From: PVC group bacterium
GTDB lineage: Bacteria > Omnitrophota > Gorgyraeia > B26-G9
Assembly: GCA_024231215.1 (NCBI GenBank)
Contig: JAAEQR010000206.1
Location: 3,112 to 67,111 of the forward strand
DNA: 64,000 nt
Direction of reading: 5' to 3'
In this document: piece after piece, positions 1 to 8,879 of the stretch
How the letters are laid out: each line of letters begins with the position of its first letter
Numbering within the stretch: the stretch's first letter is position 1
The notes under the pieces: generated by a model
Database searches by the model: none
What the model saw: only the letters and a program-made list of their open reading frames with translations
Told to the model about the DNA's origin: nothing
Program-made: the position numbers and the translations under genes

Positions 1-10
1 GAGGAATTAA

Positions 11-376
11 ATGAAATATTATGAAAAGTTAATAAAAGATTATGAAGAGTGGGAAAAAAGCGAGCCAAAAGAGGAGGCATATTTTAAAGCCTTTTTTTGT
101 TTTAAAGAGAAGGGAATATTATGCGTTTGGGAGTGTGATGTTGAGGTGCTTTTAATAGAAAGTAAAATAATAAAATTACAAAAATGGCTAGAAAAACCTA
201 CTGGCGAGCTTAAAATACATGGCAAAACGAAAGGTAACTGGTTAAGCCTAGAAATAGACAAAGCTGACAAAAAATATGTTAGCGGTTATATAGAGGATGG
301 GTGGGAAGAGCACAGTATTGCGGCTAACCGTACAAATTTAATAAAATGGCTTAAAAGGATGATGAGTGAGGTATGA
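11..376 (+). CDS. Hypothetical protein
   Basis: GAGG SD at 1-4; ATGA overlap with the next gene. Confidence 0.6.
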   Translation: MKYYEKLIKDYEEWEKSEPKEEAYFKAFFCFKEKGILCVWECDVEVLLIESKIIKLQKWLEKPTGELKIHGKTKGNWLSLEIDKADKKYVSGYIEDGWEEHSIAANRTNLIKWLKRMMSEV

Positions 377-894
377 AAAAATCTGAATTGAAATTTTTAA
401 AACATTCTATGATGTATGTGCCTAATTATGGAACTGTTGTGGAAATTGGCTCTTGGATGGGTAGAAGTTCTGAGCAATTGGTACGAGGAATAGACAAATA
501 TTGTCCTGAAGCAGATCTACGTTGTATTGATCCGTTTGATGCCGAATATTTCAAAAAAACACCCGGGTTGCAAAAGAAGACTAAAAAGAATGGTGTCACA
601 GATATTTACGGGTGTTTTAAAAAGCGAATGCGGCCATATAGCTACTCGCATATGAGAATGACATCTGTAGAAGCTGCAAAAAAAATTGTTGATGACGTTC
701 ATTTTGTATTTATAGATGGTAACCATGATTATGAATATGTTAAACAAGACATAGAGCTTTGGGGTGACAAATTAGAAGAAAATTGTGTAATGTGTGGACA
801 TGACTATCACAAACCTGGGGTAAAAAAAGCTGTTGATGAATTGTGTGAAAATGTAAGATTTCCAGCGGAAAGCATGTGGATGGTGGTAAAATGA
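373..894 (+). CDS. Class I SAM-dependent methyltransferase (Methyltransf_24-like)
   Basis: VEIGSWMGRS motif I, FVFIDGNHDYE, CGHDY. Confidence 0.85.
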   Translation: MKKSELKFLKHSMMYVPNYGTVVEIGSWMGRSSEQLVRGIDKYCPEADLRCIDPFDAEYFKKTPGLQKKTKKNGVTDIYGCFKKRMRPYSYSHMRMTSVEAAKKIVDDVHFVFIDGNHDYEYVKQDIELWGDKLEENCVMCGHDYHKPGVKKAVDELCENVRFPAESMWMVVK

Positions 895-1556
895 AAAAAA
901 CGATTATATTAACAACGGTTAATGATAATTTGTATTACCAAAATAATATGAAAGTTTTTCTTCAATCATTAAAGGAAAATGCTGCTGGAGAATTTGTAAG
1001 AATATATGTGGTTAATAATGAAAAAATTGAATGTGAATTAAAAAAAATAAACAAAAACATAGAAATCAAACATATAAATGAAAAGTTGAATCGTTCTCAA
1101 ATAATTATCAGAAACGCTTTATATTGCCATGAAGCATTAAAAGAAGGATATGAAAAAGTAGCTTGGATAGATAGTGATGTTATAATAAGGGCAAAATTAG
1201 GAGATTTTTGGGATGTTAAGCCCTGTGAATTAAAAGTGATTTACAGAAGAAAGAAAAAAGATCATATTAAGTTTCAGAGTGGTGTTTTTGTTATTGGGAA
1301 CTCATCAGAAATGAGAAAATATATTTGGAAATGGGCAAAAACGATTATTGATCTTAAAAAGGCCAAGTGGTATGATGGTCAGGAGTTAATGTGTGAATTG
1401 GTTTTAAAGTATAAAATAAAACAAATAGATATGCCTATTAAATATAATGATTCTAAGTTTAATGCCGATTCTGTAATTTGGCACTGCAAAAGTAGTCATT
1501 TTTCATATGAAAAGTATCAAAAGGAATATAGAAAATATCTTGAGGTAGTAAAATGA
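876..1556 (+). CDS. GT-A fold glycosyltransferase (GT8/nucleotide-diphospho-sugar transferase-like)
   Basis: WIDSDVII DxD motif, FQSGVFVI, WYDGQ, KYN...IWH. Confidence 0.75.
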   Translation: MDGGKMKKTIILTTVNDNLYYQNNMKVFLQSLKENAAGEFVRIYVVNNEKIECELKKINKNIEIKHINEKLNRSQIIIRNALYCHEALKEGYEKVAWIDSDVIIRAKLGDFWDVKPCELKVIYRRKKKDHIKFQSGVFVIGNSSEMRKYIWKWAKTIIDLKKAKWYDGQELMCELVLKYKIKQIDMPIKYNDSKFNADSVIWHCKSSHFSYEKYQKEYRKYLEVVK

Positions 1557-2179
1557 ATATATTTATAGATTGCGGAGCTTATAACGGTGATTCCATAAGA
1601 AAATTCCGTGAAAAGATAGATTATGAAAACAATAAAGATTCTTGGAGGTTTTACGCCTTCGAACCAAATCCTTATGTTGACATAGAATTGGAAAATGTTA
1701 TCATTATCAAGAAAGCTGTTTGGACAGAAGATTGTAAAAAGAAATTGTATTTCAGCAAAAGAAGCAAAAAAGATAATGTGACTACTCTGATGGAAAATAA
1801 AACCACACCACATTTGAATTTTAAAGATTATGCTGAGGTGGAATGTGTTGATTTGTCTTCGTGGCTATATAGAAATATAGACCTGGATGACCATGTAGTA
1901 TTGAAAATGGACATTGAGGGAGCTGAATATAATGTTTTGGCATGGATGGGCTACACTGATGTGTTGGCGTTGATTAATGAATTGTATTGTGAGTTTCACG
2001 TTAAAAAGTTAAAGATGGACCCACAAATACATTTAGATCTTATAAGAAGTCTCAAGGGAGAAACCTTAACATTGCACGGTGATCTAATCCCTTCAGTGAA
2101 ACATCCGGAATTTGCAGACATTGAGGCATATGTCAAATTAGGCGAAAGGCTTCTTAGAAAGTATAGGAGAGAAGCATGA
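1553..2179 (+). CDS. FkbM-family methyltransferase
   Basis: FIDCGAYNGDS, YAFEPNP, VLKMDIEGAEY, YCEFH. Confidence 0.88.
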   Translation: MNIFIDCGAYNGDSIRKFREKIDYENNKDSWRFYAFEPNPYVDIELENVIIIKKAVWTEDCKKKLYFSKRSKKDNVTTLMENKTTPHLNFKDYAEVECVDLSSWLYRNIDLDDHVVLKMDIEGAEYNVLAWMGYTDVLALINELYCEFHVKKLKMDPQIHLDLIRSLKGETLTLHGDLIPSVKHPEFADIEAYVKLGERLLRKYRREA

Positions 2180-2667
2180 AAGGTAGACAGGCTTACCTTT
2201 TCGCTGGAGATACAAGGGTTGTGAAAACATACAAAAGTAATTACGTGAAGAACAAGCTGTCATCCGTAGAAAAAGAGATTGAGGTGTGGGGTGCTTTTAA
2301 TAGCAGACATTGCCCGGTTATTTATGATGTGTTTAACAATGGCTATATAATGGAAAAATACAACTATGCTTTAGGTGGCACCAAAGACATAAATATGGAT
2401 AGGGTTAAACAAACGCCTCTTGATTTAATCAAAGAATTAAACAGCATAGAAAGAGACTTAAAAAAATACAAGATAATCCACAGAGACATTAACCCCGGAA
2501 ACTTATTGTATTCTTCGAAGGAAAAATGTCTAAAGTTAATAGATTTCTACTGGGCTGTTTTTGAGGGTGAGAAATTGATAGATATACCAAAACTAAATAA
2601 ATACTATGGAAATGATAAAGAGGCTTTTGAAAAGTTAAGGAAACAGGTAAAATGGGCAAAGTCATAA
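2176..2667 (+). CDS. Small protein-kinase-like fold enzyme (sugar/LPS or protein kinase)
   Basis: VVK lysine, IIHRDINPGN catalytic loop, LIDFYWA. Confidence 0.75.
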   Translation: MKGRQAYLFAGDTRVVKTYKSNYVKNKLSSVEKEIEVWGAFNSRHCPVIYDVFNNGYIMEKYNYALGGTKDINMDRVKQTPLDLIKELNSIERDLKKYKIIHRDINPGNLLYSSKEKCLKLIDFYWAVFEGEKLIDIPKLNKYYGNDKEAFEKLRKQVKWAKS

Positions 2668-3560
2668 AGATATTATCAGAAACAGAAACAGAGAACTATA
2701 ATATATTTCCGCAAAGGCTGACATTGGAAAAGTGTGGTACGTTTCATTTGCATTATAGAAGCATTCGGATGGAATTTAAAGAAGAGGAATTTGTGGAATT
2801 TTGCAAATTAATCAAGAAAGGGTATTCTAACTGGAAAAATGGTGATGGAGTACCCGGTGACAAAGGGCATGTGTTTTTGAGCACTAAGCTTGTACCACCT
2901 GATGTTGTTGATAAAAACAAGTTAAAGGTTGAGTTATGTAACAATCAATACAAAAAACATGAAAAGGATATTTTTGGCAAGGATTCAAATTTCTTTAAAG
3001 ACAAAAGCTATATCCATGTTCACCACAGAAATATAAGACAAGAGTATTCATTGGCTGAGTTTAGAAAAATAATGGAATGTTATTCACGGGTGATATTGCC
3101 GTCGTCGGGATTGATAGAAATGTTTAAAAGTATACGATGCTTGGAGTATGTAGTTATAAGAAACTATGAAAATCTTCCTGAAAGTGTAGAATTTGGCCCT
3201 CACAGTGACTTGGATTTGCTTTTTGCTGATAAAGAAAATGTAAAAGAGTTTATAAGAATAACGAGTGCAGTGGCTACAAAAAAAGAGGGCTATAGAGTTC
3301 AGCACAAAGTTATGGTTGGGGATAATTTTATTTTGTGTGATTTGAGGGTTGTTGGTGATGATTATTTTCCCTATGAACTTGCAAGTTCGATGATAAATAA
3401 TCGAGTATGGTATAGACATTTTACTGTCCCAAGCGAGCAAGATCACTACGCAGGCTTATTATATCATGCACTTATTCACAAAAAAAGAGTATCAGAGGAT
3501 TATATGAAAAGATTGGGGCTGAAACGGCCTAAAGATAAGTCTGTGGGGTTTCATGTATAA
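2652..3560 (+). CDS. Protein with duplicated N-terminal HxH(Y/H)R motif and C-terminal nucleotidyltransferase-like domain
   Basis: FHLHYRSIRMEF / IHVHHRNIRQEY repeat; YVVIRNYENLP...SDLDLL. Confidence 0.55.
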   Translation: MGKVIKILSETETENYNIFPQRLTLEKCGTFHLHYRSIRMEFKEEEFVEFCKLIKKGYSNWKNGDGVPGDKGHVFLSTKLVPPDVVDKNKLKVELCNNQYKKHEKDIFGKDSNFFKDKSYIHVHHRNIRQEYSLAEFRKIMECYSRVILPSSGLIEMFKSIRCLEYVVIRNYENLPESVEFGPHSDLDLLFADKENVKEFIRITSAVATKKEGYRVQHKVMVGDNFILCDLRVVGDDYFPYELASSMINNRVWYRHFTVPSEQDHYAGLLYHALIHKKRVSEDYMKRLGLKRPKDKSVGFHV

Positions 3561-4923
3561 AGTAGGATTAATGGCAATTAGAGACTTCCCGTTGTGGAAA
3601 CAATGTTTGAAATCATTAGCATCACATGTTGATGAGCTGTATTTAAGATTCGACATGAGGACTGGTGATAAAAATATATTGCCGGAAATAGAGAGCTGTT
3701 GTGATGGCAAGCTAAAAAAGCTGATTAAAAGTGACATTGTTTGGGATAACCACAACTGGAAAGAGGAGTTACTAAGGATTTTAGATAGTGTACACCCGCG
3801 TGTTGTTTTGTTTCCTGATGAAGATGAAGAGTTTGACAGCGGAATAGAAAAAGACATTAAAAACTTTATGGATAGTGATTGCAAAGAAATGATATTTGAT
3901 TTTAAGACTATTCTACCAAAGGGTATAACAAAAGCCCCTTCTGAGGATGGGCGTGTATATCCTTTTACAAAACATGTAAAAGTTTTTAAGTGGAGGCCTG
4001 GATTAACATACATACCATACAAAAACAGAGGTAGGCTATTCACCTATTTGGATAATCCACAATATGAGGCAAAGTCAAAAATAACCCATTACCATTTTTA
4101 TACAATGGAACTTTACAACAAATGGAAAGACAGGCTACGCAACCGGTTTAAGCTGGAAGAAAATAAAAGGTTGTGCAACGGTCGAAAAACAATAGTTTAT
4201 ATTCTTGGCTCTACACGTAGTGGTAGTACAATGCTGGATTTGATGATTAGTTCCAATTCTGAATGTACAAGCTTGGGCGAGCTTTGCTTGTTACATAAAA
4301 GAGATTGTGGTTTTTGTGGAGCTAAATGCAAATATTGGAAAGAATACAAAAAGAAATTTAACGGCAATTACTATGAGACTGCATTTAAAGTGTTTAAAAA
4401 AGACATCCTTGTGGATTCCTCTAAGAAGTGGAAGTGGTTAAAAGAAAGGGCTGATAGTGAAAGCTATGAGTACAAAGTCATACATCTGGTTCGGAATGGT
4501 TTAGACAGGCTGAAGTTTAGAAAAGGAAAAAATGGGCACATAAAGCCTTATGTGGTGCAAGCCTGGGTTAACACTCACAGGAAGTGCGAGAAGGTACGAA
4601 AAAGGTATGGTGGGATATTGGTTAAGTATGAGGAAATCAACCAAGAAACTAATAGGATATATGAATATCTTGGTGTGAAATGGCAGGATAGAAAAGTGAA
4701 ATTTTGGGAGCACGAACACCACGGATTGCTAGGAAGCAAGACAGCCTATTCTTTAGTAAAAAAATGGCATAACAAAGAAAACGGTTGGTACAATATTTAT
4801 GCAGATGAACACGGATTTAATCTTAATCCACGCACTGGCCATGAATTTCTTAGCAAAGAAGATATTAAGGTGTTTAACAAATACGGTGGGCGTGAATTAA
4901 ATAAGGAGTTGGGGTATGAGTAA
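3553..4923 (+). CDS. Glycosyltransferase(GT2-like)-sulfotransferase fusion
   Basis: N-half: QCLKSL...VLFPDEDE; C-half: YILGSTRSGSTML PAPS-binding loop, VDSSK, VIHLVRN, VKYEE. Confidence 0.72.
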   Translation: MYKVGLMAIRDFPLWKQCLKSLASHVDELYLRFDMRTGDKNILPEIESCCDGKLKKLIKSDIVWDNHNWKEELLRILDSVHPRVVLFPDEDEEFDSGIEKDIKNFMDSDCKEMIFDFKTILPKGITKAPSEDGRVYPFTKHVKVFKWRPGLTYIPYKNRGRLFTYLDNPQYEAKSKITHYHFYTMELYNKWKDRLRNRFKLEENKRLCNGRKTIVYILGSTRSGSTMLDLMISSNSECTSLGELCLLHKRDCGFCGAKCKYWKEYKKKFNGNYYETAFKVFKKDILVDSSKKWKWLKERADSESYEYKVIHLVRNGLDRLKFRKGKNGHIKPYVVQAWVNTHRKCEKVRKRYGGILVKYEEINQETNRIYEYLGVKWQDRKVKFWEHEHHGLLGSKTAYSLVKKWHNKENGWYNIYADEHGFNLNPRTGHEFLSKEDIKVFNKYGGRELNKELGYE

Positions 4924-5788
4924 AAAAGTACTTGTTACCGGAATCGCAGGCTTCCTGGGATCCCACATAGCAGAAAGATTAGTGGAGTTGGGATATGAGG
5001 TTGTAGGTGTAGATAATTTGTCTACTGGAAAACCAAAAAATATAAAGAAAATTTTTGATAAAATAGAATTCCATTGGATGAGCCTTGAACATTTTGATAT
5101 AGAAAACAAAGATATAGATATAATATGCCACCAAGCAGCGCTATGTAATGTCCCACATTCCATGAAAGACCCAGATGGATATTTTGAAAACAATGTAGCA
5201 GCAACACATAGAATGCTAATGGAAGCGCGTAAATACAATATCAAAAAAATAGTAATAGCTTCTTCAAGTGCTGCCGAAGAATGTATATCACCTTACGGAA
5301 TGTCTAAGAAGGTTACAGAAGATTATTCCAATCATTATAGAAACCTATATGATATGGATATAACAAACCTAAGATACTTTAATGTGTATGGCCCGAGGCA
5401 AAGCATGGACTCGCAACATTCTATGGTGATACCAATTTTTATCAATAAATTACTTAAAGGTGAAAGCCCAACTATTTATGGAGACGGAGAGCAAAGTCGG
5501 GATTTTATATATGTAGATGACGTGGTTGATGCTAATATTGCAGCAATTGAAGGCGATCATCAAGGCACTTGGGATGTGGGATCAGGGGAATCAACAAAAA
5601 TAATAGATTTATTTAACTGGATTAAAGCTTTAATTGGTGCTGAAGTTGATCCAATATTCACAAAAAAAAGGCCGGGAGATCCATTTGAAACGGAAGCGAT
5701 TGTGAGTGGTAGGTATTGGCAACCAAAAACAGACATGAGTGATGGACTTATAAAAACTATAGAATGGTGGAAGAATGAAAACGTGTAA
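4916..5788 (+). CDS. NAD-dependent nucleotide-sugar epimerase/dehydratase
   Basis: VTGIAGFLGS, HQAA, SPYGMSK (YxxxK), LRYFNVYGP, GDGEQSRDFIYV. Confidence 0.95.
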   Translation: MSKKVLVTGIAGFLGSHIAERLVELGYEVVGVDNLSTGKPKNIKKIFDKIEFHWMSLEHFDIENKDIDIICHQAALCNVPHSMKDPDGYFENNVAATHRMLMEARKYNIKKIVIASSSAAEECISPYGMSKKVTEDYSNHYRNLYDMDITNLRYFNVYGPRQSMDSQHSMVIPIFINKLLKGESPTIYGDGEQSRDFIYVDDVVDANIAAIEGDHQGTWDVGSGESTKIIDLFNWIKALIGAEVDPIFTKKRPGDPFETEAIVSGRYWQPKTDMSDGLIKTIEWWKNENV

Positions 5789-5960
5789 AAATTGCACTTA
5801 TTGGGTTTCTAATAAAGACGAAAAAATGTTTTATCCAGAAACAGGTGATGGGCGATGCCATAGAAACGCTCCAATAGTAAGTAATGATGATCGTCACGAA
5901 TGGCCACCAACAATGGAAATGGATTGGTGTGGAGAATATAAAAAAAAGTTGGAAGAATGA
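5775..5960 (+). CDS. Small Cys-rich phage protein
   Basis: CKNC...GRCHRNAP...WP...DWCGEY pattern; overlaps its neighbours. Confidence 0.65.
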   Translation: MKTCKNCTYWVSNKDEKMFYPETGDGRCHRNAPIVSNDDRHEWPPTMEMDWCGEYKKKLEE

Positions 5961-6104
5961 GTACGATTTACTCAAATGACATAGAAGTAATCTTAAAAGA
6001 TGGCAGCAGGCATAAAGGCACTATAGCCGCGATTAGATATATTGTTGACAAAGCTATTGATGAAAAGCTTGAGAAGATAATTAAAGAGTTGAGAGAGGCA
6101 AAGA

Positions 6105-7088
6105 ATGAGTAAAAATTGGCTCTTTTTAAGGGGTTATTTTGATCGCAACAACAAAAAATCACTAAAAAATGATTCTGACATGTGGGTACAATTGTTTTCC
6201 AAGTTAGTCCCGGATGGCATCACAATGCCAGATAGTGCAAACGGAGCAATATGCTATGTTGATTACAAGCAGACTATGCCGCAAATGTATGAGTATTTGC
6301 CAATAATTGGAAAAGAAAAAGCAAAGATGTTAGCAAAAGAATTTGACTACGTTTTCGCCAGAGGTGGCCACAAAGAATACGAGCCAATACTGAAGAAATG
6401 TAAAAACGCATACAAAATTTATTATGGTGCAGGAGCTCGCATAGTACCCGAAAAAGATTTAGGCTACAGTCTCATATTATGCGACTCTGAGGAACAGAAA
6501 AAGAAATGCAAGAAGAAATATCCACATATAAAAAGTTCTCTTTGGATAAAACCCGCAGCAAGACATTTCAAACCTGTTGAATGTGAAAAAGAATATGATG
6601 TATGTTACGTAGCTGATTGCCATAGTAAATTTCAGGAAAAGATTAAGCGCGTAAATTGGGTGTATAAGACAGCACCGAAAGACCTTAAAATACTTCATTT
6701 GGGGAAAAGTTCTATAAAACCGCCTAAGAATGTTACTGTTAAACGAGTGCAGAGGATTGATATGCCTAAGTGGTATTCTAAGTGTAAGGTGGGAATTGTT
6801 CCTTATAAGGGGTATGACAGTTGCCCTAGAGTAATTCCGGAGATGTTGGCTTGTGGGTTACCTTTGGTTGTTATGGATAGTGTTAATTTTTGGATAAAAA
6901 AGTATTTTTTCACATCCCCTTTCAAAGGTCGCAAAATAAACAAAAATGGGTTTTGGGAAATTGTTGGTGTTTATTTAAATCCTTACAAGCACAAAATAGA
7001 TTTTGTTGGCGAATTATCTGATTACTACCAAGAAAACCTCTCTCTCAAACCAGCAGCAGAACATTTAAGGAGTTTAATTAATGGATGA
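6105..7088 (+). CDS. GT-B glycosyltransferase (GT4-like)
   Basis: YDSCPRVIPEMLACGLPLVV matches the GT4 C-terminal motif. Confidence 0.8.
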   Translation: MSKNWLFLRGYFDRNNKKSLKNDSDMWVQLFSKLVPDGITMPDSANGAICYVDYKQTMPQMYEYLPIIGKEKAKMLAKEFDYVFARGGHKEYEPILKKCKNAYKIYYGAGARIVPEKDLGYSLILCDSEEQKKKCKKKYPHIKSSLWIKPAARHFKPVECEKEYDVCYVADCHSKFQEKIKRVNWVYKTAPKDLKILHLGKSSIKPPKNVTVKRVQRIDMPKWYSKCKVGIVPYKGYDSCPRVIPEMLACGLPLVVMDSVNFWIKKYFFTSPFKGRKINKNGFWEIVGVYLNPYKHKIDFVGELSDYYQENLSLKPAAEHLRSLING

Positions 7089-8310
7089 CAGAGCATTAGG
7101 ACAAATAATAACATTCTTTGAAGTGGTTAATGGCGCAAGTATGACAAGGACAAACAGGCCGCCTATGGGTGTATGGTTCTTAGAAAAAGAATCACTTATG
7201 GAATTTGTTATTAATAATAGAGTAATAACACCTATTAAAATAGGAATAACAGGCGCTCTTGATCCCAAAGCATTTGAAAAAATGTGTGAAAATTTCAGAG
7301 TGGGGTTTGAAGAAGGCAGAAAATGTAATTATATATTAAAAATAGAATCACAGACCGTATATGTTAATTTATACCAAGACAAAGGGTTTGGGAAGTTAAT
7401 AATAGCACCAAAAAGAATAATAGAAACAATAAACACAAGAAGAGACATGTCTATGTCAAGGTGGGGTACTTGGAAATATAAAATGGTTTATAATAAATGG
7501 TTTGAACTTTCTATACCATATAAATTTGGAACTGTTTTAGACATGCAGATACCTAACTGGATTACAAAGGTTAAGCATATTGAAAAAGAAAACTTAAACA
7601 AAAATGATAGTTTTTTTATTGGCAAGCGCGCTGAAAATGCTTTGGAATTAATGGCATTATTAAGAAGTTGTGCTACGGTGGCAGGGATTGAAAAGTATCT
7701 ATTTCTTGGATTTGGAACGTTGTTAGGTGTGGCTCGCGAAGGAGGTTTTATCCCCAATGATAGAGATTTAGACCATTGTGTGGCTGGTGAATATATAACA
7801 CCACACCAAGAAGAAAAGTTTCTTCAGGAAATAGCAAGGTCAAGAACTATTGACGGGAAAACTTATTCGAAAGGGCTGTATGAAGGAAGATGCAGAAAGC
7901 CAGTACGAAGGAGAGATGAGGGACAGCGGTTTTTGTGGACATCCTGTGGACACAAAAAAGTACACGGTCAAAAAGGGGTAAAATCATGCATATGGAAATT
8001 CTTTAAGCATGAAAAATATGATTGGCACTCAAAAGGCAGGCGCTGGATTAATACAAGAAAGTTTGATTATCAATTATATGATTATAATGGAGGTGAAGAT
8101 GCAATTGCAAAGGGAATACCAACAGGCTTGCTGGACCAGTTTAAAGAAATCAAATTTCATGGAGTCACAATAAACATACCCAAAAGAGTTGGTGCGTGTT
8201 TGGATGAATGGTATCCGGGTTGGGCACGACCAAAAAAAGGAGCAAGTGCAAAAAAGCATGTAATGGTTATTCCTGATTGGAAGAAGCCTAATGGGTGGAA
8301 GGTTTATTAG
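7081..8310 (+). CDS. LicD-family nucleotidyl/phosphotransferase
   Basis: FLGFGTLLGVAREGGFIPNDRDLD; C-terminal IP...LDEWYPGWARP. Confidence 0.82.
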   Translation: MDDRALGQIITFFEVVNGASMTRTNRPPMGVWFLEKESLMEFVINNRVITPIKIGITGALDPKAFEKMCENFRVGFEEGRKCNYILKIESQTVYVNLYQDKGFGKLIIAPKRIIETINTRRDMSMSRWGTWKYKMVYNKWFELSIPYKFGTVLDMQIPNWITKVKHIEKENLNKNDSFFIGKRAENALELMALLRSCATVAGIEKYLFLGFGTLLGVAREGGFIPNDRDLDHCVAGEYITPHQEEKFLQEIARSRTIDGKTYSKGLYEGRCRKPVRRRDEGQRFLWTSCGHKKVHGQKGVKSCIWKFFKHEKYDWHSKGRRWINTRKFDYQLYDYNGGEDAIAKGIPTGLLDQFKEIKFHGVTINIPKRVGACLDEWYPGWARPKKGASAKKHVMVIPDWKKPNGWKVY

Positions 8311-8327
8311 CACAAAACAAATAAAAG

Positions 8328-8356
8328 TTGACAAAATTAAGGAAATTATATATTAT
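8328..8356 (+). promoter_or_regulatory. sigma70-type promoter upstream of the head operon
   Basis: TTGACA-17 nt-TATTAT in the intergenic region. Confidence 0.65.
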
Positions 8357-8537
8357 ATATGAATAAGAGGACTATTCCAGATAAAACCGAAAGAGGGTTT
8401 CATTCATTAAAGCGGTTAAAGGAGAAAAGATTACCCGGTTCGATATGATTTCACACTAAAGGGCAAGGTGTTGTCGATCAAGTAGAGGTAAAATATAACT
8501 TAAAATAATTAACTAAAATAAACTGTTCACGTCAACG

Positions 8538-8583
8538 AAGGCGCTAGTTTGGGACTTAAGGTCTCAAGTTAGCGCCTTTTTTT
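8538..8583 (+). terminator. Intrinsic terminator/attenuator before the structural operon
   Basis: 18-bp stem AAGGCGCTAGTTTGGGAC/GTCTCAAGTTAGCGCCTT with G-U pairs, ending in a run of 7 T. Confidence 0.8.
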
Positions 8584-8587
8584 ATTT

Positions 8588-8878
8588 ATGCCAAGACTAA
8601 TACGCTGCAGAAGCAAAATAAGACACAATACAAAATTTTCTCCTGAAGAAGATATTGGGGGAATGTTAATCGTTTTTGATGGTAATAGCATATACGCAAA
8701 ATGTAAGGGCTCAAACAATCACAACTGCAAGCGGTGGACAAAAATCGATGTGGATTTTCCAGGTATAAAAATAGACTTTGAAAAGGCAGCGTTAAAACAA
8801 ACTGCTATGCCAAAAAAATTCAGGTTTGAAATGGCCGGCAAAGATATTCAACATGCTCCTATTGTAATAGAGGATTAA
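8588..8878 (+). CDS. Small Cys-containing protein preceding the portal
   Basis: ORF abuts the portal gene; spaced cysteines suggest a possible zinc ribbon. Confidence 0.55.
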   Translation: MPRLIRCRSKIRHNTKFSPEEDIGGMLIVFDGNSIYAKCKGSNNHNCKRWTKIDVDFPGIKIDFEKAALKQTAMPKKFRFEMAGKDIQHAPIVIED

Positions 8879-8879
8879 T

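Noticed and set aside
8367-8394. GGACTA and CCGAAAG as a trans target of the 45.9-kb RNA
   Set aside because: The boxes are short and in the wrong order for antiparallel pairing; probably chance
8359-8508. Genome-wide TGA recoding
   Set aside because: Many genes end in TGA with ATGA overlaps and long ORFs are intact in the standard code
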